IMG/VR virus record: IMGVR_UViG_3300020034_000009
Coordinates: 7,436 to 71,435 of that record
Direction: 5' to 3' (one strand)
Source: a virus
Length of the DNA stretch: 64,000 nt
Positions 50,477-58,877 of the stretch are shown in pieces (the stretch's first letter is position 1; every line of letters begins with the position of its first letter). Below the pieces are notes generated by a model. It ran no database searches and was not told the origin of the DNA. It saw nothing but the letters and a program-made list of their open reading frames with translations. The position numbers and the translations under genes were made by a program.

Positions 50477-50716
50477 ATGAGAAAAATCGTAATTAAAAAT
50501 GAAATTACTATCTCTCTCCTAGAGGTAGATATTAAAAAACCTATTCTTGTTCAGACTTATCAAGGAAATTGGGGATATGTAATATATAATAAAGCTTCAT
50601 GGAGAATATTCTGGTTGACAACTAATATATTCGGTTCTTTTAGTGTATCCTCATTACATGAGCTAATTGATTACTATTCCAAAGAAAGCTATACATTTTA
50701 TAGTGATATAATCTAA
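50477..50716 (+). CDS. Early hypothetical protein (paralog of 49782)
   Basis: MRKIVIK..ISLLEVD..WGYVI. Confidence 0.65.
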   Translation: MRKIVIKNEITISLLEVDIKKPILVQTYQGNWGYVIYNKASWRIFWLTTNIFGSFSVSSLHELIDYYSKESYTFYSDII

Positions 50717-50723
50717 ATCATTC

Positions 50724-50827
50724 TATTCTCAGTATCTAGTTGTAATATGTCTACAAAGGCTCTTAGCGGAGTACTTGTATCGTGACCTGATTCGTACTCA
50801 GGATATTATAACTGGATACTGAGGATA
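50724..50827 (+). ncRNA. Long-stem RNA carrying a T-arm-like hairpin
   Basis: 25-bp closing stem TATTCTCAGTATCTAG../..CTGGATACTGAGGATA; CCTGA-TTCGTAC-TCAGG abuts the 3' strand. Confidence 0.65.
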
Positions 50828-50858
50828 TTTATTAACTAATCTATTAAATATATTTAAA

Positions 50859-51086
50859 ATGAAAGCAACAATAACAGAAAATCTATCTAAATTTAAGCCA
50901 TTTACTCTCTCACTTACTGTAGAGGCAGAGGATGAAGAGAATGCATTGTATGCTATTGGTAATGTAAATTATAAAAGACTTATGGAGCTATTAATAGAAT
51001 GTACTGCATTTGGAGTAAGACCTAGAAGTGAGGCTGCTTTAAGTGAAGTAACAGGTATTATATATAGAGCTATAAAGAATCGTTAA
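50859..51086 (+). CDS. Early hypothetical protein
   Basis: 75 aa; FKPFTLSLTVE motif. Confidence 0.7.
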   Translation: MKATITENLSKFKPFTLSLTVEAEDEENALYAIGNVNYKRLMELLIECTAFGVRPRSEAALSEVTGIIYRAIKNR

Positions 51087-51250
51087 CATATTAAAACTAA
51101 TTACTATATTTTATCCAGAACATCCAACTAATGATCCAAATTTTACATTTGTCTCAGTAATAGGGCTTATGCTTATTACTGTTATTGGTGTATTATGGAT
51201 TGGTTATGAATTACTTAAATCTTATTGTTTTAAACAAAATACCGATTAAT

Positions 51251-51544
51251 ATGCTACTAGAAATGATGATGTGTCCTCTCATTTTAGAAATGAAGGACCA
51301 AGAAGGTGATTTGACTGAAAAAGAGGCTGATAACCTTGCAACTGAAGTGGTTGCTAATGATCCTGCGGCTACAATAGATAATTTTAGGGATGCTGCTGCC
51401 ATGATTAGAAGTAATGTAGAACAAGCTATTATATTTTTTGAATATAATGAGGAAGAAACTAAATTTATTAGGCAGTTCTTTAATAGAATGGCTGCATTAG
51501 TACTTCAAAAAGCAATGGATAGAAATAAAACACAACTAAACTAA
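51251..51544 (+). CDS. Early hypothetical protein
   Basis: Start moved to MLLEMMM. Confidence 0.6.
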   Translation: MLLEMMMCPLILEMKDQEGDLTEKEADNLATEVVANDPAATIDNFRDAAAMIRSNVEQAIIFFEYNEEETKFIRQFFNRMAALVLQKAMDRNKTQLN

Positions 51545-51549
51545 ATTTT

Positions 51550-52020
51550 ATGACATACAACGAAGCTTATAATAGAATTATAACAGCTTATTTTAAGGAT
51601 GAAGTGAAACCATTTGAACCATGTGCTTGCTTTATTGGCAATTTGCTTGGTGGTAAAGATATATGGGCAAATGCTAGAACAAAAGACCCTTTCTTAAATA
51701 TGTTTGTACCGGCTAAATATGAAATAGGTTTCTATGGTTCTAAAGATTCAATTGATAAAGGTTTAAAATATATTAAAGACCTTTCTAATGATGTATTAAC
51801 AATAGAAGATATATGTAGAATAGAAAATGTTTTTATGAAGATTATTTGGGGACATACTTCAAAATCTAATATAGGCTATTTTAATGATGGTTGTGATCAG
51901 GAAGAACAGTTATTTGAAGCTATGTCAGCTGGATTAGATATGCTTAAGACTATATATGAAGAGAAAGGATTACCTACAGAATCTATTGTATTTAATAAAA
52001 GAGAATTAGTTAACGCTTAA
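51550..52020 (+). CDS. Early Cys-motif protein (paralog of 59760)
   Basis: AYF..PCACFIGNL..IENVF..LDMLKTI. Confidence 0.75.
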   Translation: MTYNEAYNRIITAYFKDEVKPFEPCACFIGNLLGGKDIWANARTKDPFLNMFVPAKYEIGFYGSKDSIDKGLKYIKDLSNDVLTIEDICRIENVFMKIIWGHTSKSNIGYFNDGCDQEEQLFEAMSAGLDMLKTIYEEKGLPTESIVFNKRELVNA

Positions 52021-52029
52021 ATTATTTTT

Positions 52030-52206
52030 ATGCTTAAATATTCTGAACTCTATGATTATCTACTTTCTACTGCTAAAGTAGGAAAAGGTATAGCAGTAAT
52101 TGGTGATTATGCATATATTACCGAATATTCTAGAGCCTATCTTATTGCTGTAGAAATAGGTAATCTAGGCTATGTATTTCGTATTAAATCACTAAAAACC
52201 AAATAG
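52030..52206 (+). CDS. 58-aa hypothetical protein
   Basis: MLKYSELYDYLL..., below ORF cutoff. Confidence 0.5.
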   Translation: MLKYSELYDYLLSTAKVGKGIAVIGDYAYITEYSRAYLIAVEIGNLGYVFRIKSLKTK

Positions 52207-52368
52207 TTATGATACTTATTCATGATTTTATATGTATATTAGGAATAGTATGCTTTTTGACCTCAGGATTAACAGCTATTACTACTCCTTATAGACAGTA
52301 TTCTAGTAGTTTTTATAAAACTGGACTAGGTATTGCTTGTTTTATTTACCTCTCTCAACAATTATAAT

Positions 52369-52560
52369 ATGGAAAGACTATATAATTTTATATTAGCTCT
52401 AATAGTAATATTATTTATATTCATTCTTATGCTTAATAATGAGATAGTTAATAATGAAAATAGGCTTAAAACTCTAGGGGAGGAGAAACGATTAATAATT
52501 GTCCCTCCCCTAGATACTTCTGTTAATGCTGTTAGATTTATTTATAAACCAAAACAATAA
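52369..52560 (+). CDS. Small membrane-anchored protein
   Basis: MERLYNFILALIVILFIFILML transmembrane segment. Confidence 0.55.
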   Translation: MERLYNFILALIVILFIFILMLNNEIVNNENRLKTLGEEKRLIIVPPLDTSVNAVRFIYKPKQ

Positions 52561-52564
52561 TTCT

Positions 52565-52819
52565 ATGGAAAAGGATAAATTTGATTATTTAATGGATATT
52601 ATTGAGGAGAATATTAATTCTAAATCTGTGCTTGGTACTATTGAAGTAAGGCCAACTGGTTTACTCCTTTTGATGCTACAAGCTAAAATTGCTTATGAGA
52701 AGGATCATCCAGAGATATATTGTCAACACCTCTATCCTGTACATTCTTATTCTGAGGCCATAAGAGGTCTTGTAAAATGTACTAAATGCGAATTACCTTA
52801 CACTGTTAAAGGATTATAA
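52565..52819 (+). CDS. Small Zn-ribbon-like protein
   Basis: CQH..KCTKC. Confidence 0.6.
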   Translation: MEKDKFDYLMDIIEENINSKSVLGTIEVRPTGLLLLMLQAKIAYEKDHPEIYCQHLYPVHSYSEAIRGLVKCTKCELPYTVKGL

Positions 52820-52821
52820 TT

Positions 52822-53049
52822 ATGGATAGTAAACAAATAGCTGATATAGTACATGCAAAACTTGGTACATTTCCTAATGTATGGATAGAAAGAAAGGTTG
52901 TTAAAGAAACCCTAACTGAAATATTCGACAATATTAACAGTGAAATGCCATTTTCAGAGGATTATTTCCATAAAGATACATATGAGAAGCATAAATATGC
53001 TTGGGATAAACAAATTACATTATTGAATAATATTATTAACTCTCTTTAA
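52822..53049 (+). CDS. Early hypothetical protein
   Basis: 75-aa packed ORF. Confidence 0.65.
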   Translation: MDSKQIADIVHAKLGTFPNVWIERKVVKETLTEIFDNINSEMPFSEDYFHKDTYEKHKYAWDKQITLLNNIINSL

Positions 53050-53058
53050 ACTATTAAC

Positions 53059-53310
53059 ATGGAACTATATTTTATGGTAGATGTAAGTAAGGGATATGAT
53101 TTAGAAAAAGCCATTGAATTCATTAGTGCTGAGGATGAGGTAGCATATTCCCATATAGTACATAAAGTGGAAGATGATTTTGTTACATATAAGCTATATA
53201 CAGATGCTGATGAATTGGATATTCCCGGTGTTAGTGTAACTGTCATGGCTGGTCTAATAGGTTTTAGGCTAGGATGTGTATTTGCTGCACAATTAATTAA
53301 AAATCGTTAA
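53059..53310 (+). CDS. Early hypothetical protein
   Basis: 83-aa ORF. Confidence 0.65.
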   Translation: MELYFMVDVSKGYDLEKAIEFISAEDEVAYSHIVHKVEDDFVTYKLYTDADELDIPGVSVTVMAGLIGFRLGCVFAAQLIKNR

Positions 53311-53322
53311 ACTATTAACAAA

Positions 53323-53607
53323 ATGAAAGTAGTAATTGAACAAAAGCATACTGTTAATGCTAGATATATAGATAATCGAGATTGTCCTCTATTTAGAGCT
53401 ATTAAAGAACAACATCCAGAATTTCCTCTTAAGTCTGTAGCTGGTACATGGATAAGAGATACAGAAAATAATCTCTATGCTTTTAATAATGCAAATTGGA
53501 ACAGCGAGGTAATGAAAGATTTAAGGGAGGGCATTGTTAATCCTATAGAAATAGAGATTGAGAATGATCCATTTAAAACTCCAGTAGTAACCTTTTCTGA
53601 ATTTTAA
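53323..53607 (+). CDS. Early hypothetical protein
   Basis: DCPLFRAI motif; AAACTATTAACAAAATG start context. Confidence 0.7.
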   Translation: MKVVIEQKHTVNARYIDNRDCPLFRAIKEQHPEFPLKSVAGTWIRDTENNLYAFNNANWNSEVMKDLREGIVNPIEIEIENDPFKTPVVTFSEF

Positions 53608-53633
53608 TTAATTACAACTAAACTATTAACAAA

Positions 53634-54017
53634 ATGGATAAGTATGATGAACAAATAGCTTATTTAACTAATAATCCTAACCAGATTAATAAATTATGGG
53701 ATAAGGCAGAAGGACTATTTAAAATATTAGGCAAAAATTCAAATTTAAGAAGAGCAGGTTGTCTCACCATGATAAAACCTGATGAAAATAGGGCTGTTCC
53801 ATATTATCCTTTAGATGAAAAGGGAAATATATTGGTAGAGCTTAATAAGGAAATTATAAACGATTCCGGTATTCCTAATGATCCTTTTCTTATTACTATT
53901 GAAAAATTGCCAAAATTTGCCTACTATCAACGTAAATATGATGCATTAGTAGCTGAAACTACCCATAATGCTATAGATGATAATGATTTTCATCCTGATA
54001 GAGATTGTTATAACTAA
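53634..54017 (+). CDS. Early hypothetical protein
   Basis: GCLTMIK motif; same AAACTATTAACAAAATG start context. Confidence 0.7.
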   Translation: MDKYDEQIAYLTNNPNQINKLWDKAEGLFKILGKNSNLRRAGCLTMIKPDENRAVPYYPLDEKGNILVELNKEIINDSGIPNDPFLITIEKLPKFAYYQRKYDALVAETTHNAIDDNDFHPDRDCYN

Positions 54018-54031
54018 AAAAACTTAAAATT

Positions 54032-54238
54032 ATGCCTATTTATCCCACTTTTAATGAAGGTCCAGCTACAGCTGCTTTTTATATTTCATTACTATTAATG
54101 ATAGTATTTGGAATTTTAACGGGCTATTTTATGGTTAAATTAGAGGAGAAAACTAAGAATGGTTGGTATATAACAGGAGCTATATTATCTGGTATTCTTT
54201 TTGGAATTTCTACTATTTCTGGACTTTTAAACTCTTAA
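54032..54238 (+). CDS. Two-TM small membrane protein
   Basis: Two hydrophobic helices. Confidence 0.65.
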   Translation: MPIYPTFNEGPATAAFYISLLLMIVFGILTGYFMVKLEEKTKNGWYITGAILSGILFGISTISGLLNS

Positions 54239-54249
54239 AAATTAAATAT

Positions 54250-54690
54250 ATGTATACAGTAGATTATTTTATTGATTTTTTCTCTTCAATTCCTGAGCAG
54301 AATTTTAGAGTTTGTCCATCAGATGGAGAATATAACCCTACATTAGGATGTGCTTTACAGCATTTAAATAGGAACGAAGACCCCTTAGAAATTTACTCAT
54401 CTACTAAGAGTATGGCTTTAGCTAAATTATTAATGGTACTTCCTGCAAATAATTTTAATGGTGAACTTAGTGGTGTTTCTAGAGCATGGCTATTAAATGA
54501 CGATGATAAGCCACAAGAAGCTGATACCTCTTATGGCAGAAAGAAATCTACTTGTAGAAGTAGAATGTTGGCTGCACTACAGGATGTGAAGAAAATGCAG
54601 CAGGAACAGAGAATTAATGAAGGAAACAATATTCTTAATTCATTTAACCCTCCTATAGGTCAGGAATTACCAGTTAAACAGCTGGTTTAA
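54250..54690 (+). CDS. Early CA..H/ND-motif protein
   Basis: MYTVDYFIDFF..GCALQH..LND..RMLAAL. Confidence 0.7.
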   Translation: MYTVDYFIDFFSSIPEQNFRVCPSDGEYNPTLGCALQHLNRNEDPLEIYSSTKSMALAKLLMVLPANNFNGELSGVSRAWLLNDDDKPQEADTSYGRKKSTCRSRMLAALQDVKKMQQEQRINEGNNILNSFNPPIGQELPVKQLV

Positions 54691-54691
54691 T

Positions 54692-54803
54692 AATATTCTC
54701 TCTTCTATAGATAGTGTAATAGTGTAAACCAGTGACTAATATACCTGAGCTGCGTTACTTAATGGGACTGCTCCCTGCTATTATACTATCTATAGAGGAT
54801 ATT
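54692..54803 (+). ncRNA. Long-stem three-way-junction RNA directly 5' of a tRNA-like element
   Basis: TCTATAGATAGTGTAATAGTG/TGCTATTATACTATCTATAGA; AGTGAC/GTTACT and GGGA-CTGC-TCCC arms. Confidence 0.6.
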
Positions 54804-54806
54804 TAA

Positions 54807-54890
54807 GGGGAAGTGGTGGAACTGAGTATACACCTCTGGCATGACTTTCTGTAAGGCCAACAATTGCAGGTTTGAATCCTGTCTTCCCTA
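54807..54890 (+). tRNA. Aberrant tRNA-like RNA (non-canonical anticodon arm)
   Basis: GGGGAAG/CTTCCCT acceptor; TGGTGGAA..TATACAC D-arm; GCAGG-TTTGAAT-CCTGT T-arm; middle region lacks a 5-bp/7-nt anticodon arm. Confidence 0.7.
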
Positions 54891-54919
54891 CTATTTATTA
54901 ACTAATTAAAACTATTAAT

Positions 54920-55243
54920 ATGTTCGGAAAAAAGAAAGAGCAGCCTAAAGAGGGTGTTTTATTTACTGTCTCTGGAGTAGATTTGTATATATCGGACCTT
55001 AAATCTAACAATTTAAATGGTAAAAGAGTTATATATCAAGGAGTTGAGTTTAAAATTGAGATGGAAACTACTACTCTTTATGCTCATTTTAGGGTTAATG
55101 GAGAGTTAACAAGTCATTCTGTTCGTTTTGAAGATAGATATGATCTAAAAACATTTGCTCCTACAGCTCTAAAGGCTATTAACTCTTACTTGAGCAAAAA
55201 AGCTATAGAAAAACAATTCAAAAATTGGGATGGTAAATTATAA
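54920..55243 (+). CDS. Early hypothetical protein
   Basis: 107 aa; ends WDGKL. Confidence 0.7.
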   Translation: MFGKKKEQPKEGVLFTVSGVDLYISDLKSNNLNGKRVIYQGVEFKIEMETTTLYAHFRVNGELTSHSVRFEDRYDLKTFAPTALKAINSYLSKKAIEKQFKNWDGKL

Positions 55244-55391
55244 AAACTACTAAAAATGAATGAATTAATAACAACATTAAAAGGTTTATCAGATGTTCAG
55301 GCTATATGTGCTACGGTTATTATTGTTGCTGCAATAGCTGGTATATCATGGGTATTAGTTAGATATTTTCATGAAATTACAAAAGATTAAT

Positions 55392-55673
55392 ATGGACAAT
55401 AAACAATTAGTACAAAGAGCTATTGATATATTAGAACCTATAGAGAAGGAAAAATGGATTGTAGGTACTGATGGTTCTGCTGATAAATTTTGTGCAGTTT
55501 TACACTTAATTAGAAATAAACATGAAAGTGTATATGCTCTAAATTCCCTAGCCCTACAAAAAAAAGGAGTATTAATAACTTCTGTTAATGATGGAGAATG
55601 GCTAGATAAATATCCTCAATCCACTCCAAAGGCTAGAGTAATGGCATTATTAAATGATCTTCTGGCAAGTTGA
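55392..55673 (+). CDS. Early CA..H/ND-motif protein (paralog of 54250)
   Basis: FCAVLH..VNDG..YPQSTPKARVMALL. Confidence 0.7.
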   Translation: MDNKQLVQRAIDILEPIEKEKWIVGTDGSADKFCAVLHLIRNKHESVYALNSLALQKKGVLITSVNDGEWLDKYPQSTPKARVMALLNDLLAS

Positions 55674-56261
55674 AAAATCCTTATAGGCTGTTTTGCCTCC
55701 ATAAGTAGGAGTCTTTCTATGACATTTTTGACATAATGTTTTTCCATTATCCAAATCCCATATTGGGTGGTTGCCGTAAACTTGTTTAACATCTGTTATA
55801 TTATACATATAAAGAAGTTGTTTAAAAGGAATTATGTGGTCTGCATTTAGAGTTACTTGTATATTTTTACAAGACCTAGTTCCACAATTCTGGCAAGTGT
55901 AATTATCTTTTTCGTAAACATTTTTACGCCAATTTCTACATTCTTTAGAATTTCTTATTAAAGTAGCTAATTTAGAGCCTCCTTTCCAATTCCCATGATC
56001 AGTACCTCTTTTTTGACATGTTCGTGGTTTTCTCTTGTTTTTATCCTTAGTGCCTTTAGGCTTCCCTCTTTTTAGAGAAAATTGGCTTAATTTAACTGCA
56101 TCTTTTAAAGATTTTAAAGGTATATTTCTATTTATAAGTATTTTCCTTATATTTAGATATACTGTTTTATATTCTCTTCCTAAAGAAGCTAGGGTATAGT
56201 TTCCTGAAAGATACTTTTCACAAATCTCATCTTTTTGAGATTTTGTCAATTTTACTGCCAT
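55650..56261 (-). CDS. HNH homing endonuclease, antisense insertion
   Basis: N-terminal HTH-like segment, HGNWKGG, DNYTCQNC, ADHIIP, NGKTLCQKCH. Confidence 0.9.
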   Translation of the reverse strand: MAVKLTKSQKDEICEKYLSGNYTLASLGREYKTVYLNIRKILINRNIPLKSLKDAVKLSQFSLKRGKPKGTKDKNKRKPRTCQKRGTDHGNWKGGSKLATLIRNSKECRNWRKNVYEKDNYTCQNCGTRSCKNIQVTLNADHIIPFKQLLYMYNITDVKQVYGNHPIWDLDNGKTLCQKCHRKTPTYGGKTAYKDFSTCQKII

Positions 56262-56264
56262 AAG

Positions 56265-56272
56265 CAAATTTA
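56265..56272 (-). promoter_or_regulatory. -7 promoter box for the HNH gene
   Basis: TAAATTTG 3 nt before ATG 56261. Confidence 0.55.
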
Positions 56273-56299
56273 CTAAAAAATTACTAAAAATAACTAATT

Positions 56300-56860
56300 A
56301 TGTCAATTAAACTTAATCATCCAGAGAAAGGAGAAATATCTCTAACATTCTTTGAAATAAGACTTGCAGATTTGAAAAATAAGAAGTTCTGGACAGATAT
56401 AAGTGAAGGAGAACTTAAATGTCTTATTGATAAGATAAAAGAACAGGATGCTGAACTTAAAGACGGAGAAGAACAATTTAAAATTCAAAAATCTCTTGGT
56501 CTAGCAGTTATTGAAGAGAAAAATAAGGAAATAGAATCAATGAATGATGCTCTTAGTGCTTATATTAAACAAGGAGATACTAAAATAGCTCAACAGGAAT
56601 TAATTATTAAATCTACTAACGCAACTATTAAGGCTAGTAATAGAGGATATGAATCTAAAATAGCTGAATTAAATGCTCAGAAGCTATCAGCCGAAATTGA
56701 ACAAGATCATTTAAGAGAAACTTTAGCAAAAACACATGAAGAAGCTCTTGATAGAATGGCTGAATTACAAGCCACTATAGAGAAACTAAAACAGCAGGAA
56801 TCTGAAGCTTATAATAATGGATGGACAGCAGGATTTAATGAAGGATTATATACAGGATAA
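56300..56860 (+). CDS. Coiled-coil protein
   Basis: Heptad-rich; ends AYNNGWTAGFNEG. Confidence 0.7.
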   Translation: MSIKLNHPEKGEISLTFFEIRLADLKNKKFWTDISEGELKCLIDKIKEQDAELKDGEEQFKIQKSLGLAVIEEKNKEIESMNDALSAYIKQGDTKIAQQELIIKSTNATIKASNRGYESKIAELNAQKLSAEIEQDHLRETLAKTHEEALDRMAELQATIEKLKQQESEAYNNGWTAGFNEGLYTG

Positions 56861-57007
56861 AACTAAATAAAATGAAATATGTTAAACTATCTGAAGTGGC
56901 TACATGCTTAGCCTATGTCCCTAATGGCCCTCATGTTATTATGTGGATGAGTGGCTGTTATATATTTGAATTTGATTTCCATTTTCCACTTATTAATCCC
57001 AATTAAA

Positions 57008-57136
57008 ATGTTAAGAACTCTAAATGTTGCCATACATATAACTCTTTGTATTATTGGGCTAATTGTTATTGGCTCAATTATGTCTGGTATTATATATGCT
57101 TTAATCTATTATTCAGATAAATTTAGTAATTTATGA
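57008..57136 (+). CDS. Single-TM microprotein
   Basis: MLRTLNVAIHITLCIIGLIVIG. Confidence 0.5.
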   Translation: MLRTLNVAIHITLCIIGLIVIGSIMSGIIYALIYYSDKFSNL

Positions 57137-57296
57137 AGTATGAATCTAAGAAATGGTGGGATGAGTTAACAGATTTGCAAAAGCAACAATATGTTACTAC
57201 TCTACTACCCTCAAGAGAATGGTCTACCCTAACTAGTACAGAAATCGAACGTATTTATTATCGCACACAAGAACTTTAACAACAAAAACAATCAAA

Positions 57297-58148
57297 ATGA
57301 AGAAAATTATTGTATTTGCAATACTGATGGTATTCACTGTTGTATCATCATGTAGAAAAGAGGACAAAACTGGTCCTCTCCCCGGTGCTAAAAAGTATAT
57401 GACTTACACAGAATCAGATAATGCTGTTCTCCTTGGACAGTATGGAGCTGATTTGACAATGGTGACTAGTGATCCCTATTTTGGGGATAATGGCCCTATT
57501 GTTAACAACCCAAAGGGATATGCTGTACTCATTGGAGACTCTAAGGGTAGACTTTGGAAAGAACTTCATGGCTTCTATACTGCTATGAAGAGTAAGCCTA
57601 TTGTTAATAGAGCCTTTGGAGGATCAATGTGGGAACATATTGATTATTACCTACCTTCTCTACTAAGAGCTACAACTGGTAAGAATTACAACCTTAAGCG
57701 TATTATATTTGGCCCAATAGGTGAAAATGAGTACCTAACTCATTATAAACCAACATGGTGGACAGGTAAAACAGCCCTATCTAATACATGGAAGGGATAT
57801 ATGTATGAAAAGGCTAAGAGTGTTATTCAGAGAGCACATGAATTGGCTCCTAATGCTGAAATTGTATTTATTTATATGGATGCTTGCCCTAGGTTCTTTA
57901 ATTATGCTGAAGGTGGATCATTTGATATTGATGCTTATAATAACACTATTAAGTCTTATTTAACTCTATATGGTGGTCCTAAAACATCAATAATTGATTA
58001 TAGCTGGAAATTACATACATGGCCTAGAAGAATTGCTAAACCAATTGATAAGTATTATACTAAACCTGATGGTGTACACTTTCCTCAAATCACTTATGAT
58101 GAAATAGTTGTACCAGATGTATTAGCTAACATTAAAGAAACCTACTGA
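57297..58148 (+). CDS. Lipoprotein SGNH/GDSL-family esterase
   Basis: Signal peptide plus VSSC lipobox; IGDS, NRAFGGS, GENE and DGVHF blocks. Confidence 0.85.
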   Translation: MKKIIVFAILMVFTVVSSCRKEDKTGPLPGAKKYMTYTESDNAVLLGQYGADLTMVTSDPYFGDNGPIVNNPKGYAVLIGDSKGRLWKELHGFYTAMKSKPIVNRAFGGSMWEHIDYYLPSLLRATTGKNYNLKRIIFGPIGENEYLTHYKPTWWTGKTALSNTWKGYMYEKAKSVIQRAHELAPNAEIVFIYMDACPRFFNYAEGGSFDIDAYNNTIKSYLTLYGGPKTSIIDYSWKLHTWPRRIAKPIDKYYTKPDGVHFPQITYDEIVVPDVLANIKETY

Positions 58149-58242
58149 TGAGTAAATATGAAATGTGGTTTAATTTCTCTCCTCTTATTCTAGTAGCTAT
58201 ACTGTTAATATGGACAGCAATTACAAGAAAAAAGACTGGAAA

Positions 58243-58419
58243 ATGAACTTAATAGGATGTATTATAATGGGGGTGGTATTAAATATCATCCCCATTTTAT
58301 GTTTAATGTTTTGTCCAGTACAATGGGACTGGTTTAAAGTGTATTGTCTAGGATGGGGAGTAAATCTAATATTAATAGGTATTTATACTCTCATTAGGCA
58401 TTTTATTAATCGTTTTTAA
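58243..58419 (+). CDS. Two-TM small membrane protein
   Basis: Two hydrophobic helices; start moved to MNLIG. Confidence 0.55.
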   Translation: MNLIGCIIMGVVLNIIPILCLMFCPVQWDWFKVYCLGWGVNLILIGIYTLIRHFINRF

Positions 58420-58429
58420 ATTAATTAGT

Positions 58430-58774
58430 ATGGAAAAGTTACCAATTGAATTTAAACAGAAATGGACTGCTGCTCTAAGGAGTGGTGAATATAAACAGGG
58501 ACATAGTTCACTATATCATTATTTCAACAATTCATATTGTTGTATTGGTGTGGCATGTGTAGTAGCTGGAATAGATTTAAGCACCGTTGGTAGTGCTGGT
58601 TATCCATATAAAAGCATGAATCAGATTGATTTACTACCTGAAGTGTTGGTTATGCATGAAACTGAACAATCAGCCTCAGAACATAACAGTCTAATATGGG
58701 AATTAATTAAATTAAATGACCAAAAAAAGGCTTCATTTGCTGAAATAGCAGACTATATTGACGAAAACTTATAG
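58430..58774 (+). CDS. Early CC.GV/ND-motif protein
   Basis: WTAALRSGEYKQG..YCCIGV..LND..FAEIADYI. Confidence 0.8.
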   Translation: MEKLPIEFKQKWTAALRSGEYKQGHSSLYHYFNNSYCCIGVACVVAGIDLSTVGSAGYPYKSMNQIDLLPEVLVMHETEQSASEHNSLIWELIKLNDQKKASFAEIADYIDENL

Positions 58775-58808
58775 ATTAGGGGTTTTTCTTCATTTTTTCC
58801 TCTAGTCC

Positions 58809-58863
58809 TCTGGAGTAGCAATTAGCCGCAGAAAATTAAAAGGGTTGCAGCCTTTCTCCAGAA
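58809..58863 (+). ncRNA. Mini tRNA-like element
   Basis: TCTGGAG/CTCCAGA acceptor followed by TAGC; AAAGG-GTTGCAG-CCTTT 5-bp/7-nt arm. Confidence 0.5.
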
Positions 58864-58877
58864 CTAAATTTAAACCA

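Noticed and set aside
47513-54803. MITEs or CRISPR mini-arrays as explanation for the inverted repeats
   Set aside because: Arms differ in sequence between elements, tolerate G-U pairs, and show no evident target duplications or repeat-spacer periodicity
53048-54922. AAACTATTAACAAAATG repeated before several early genes as a promoter
   Set aside because: It abuts start codons and fits AT-rich Bacteroidota translation-initiation context; cannot be supported as a promoter
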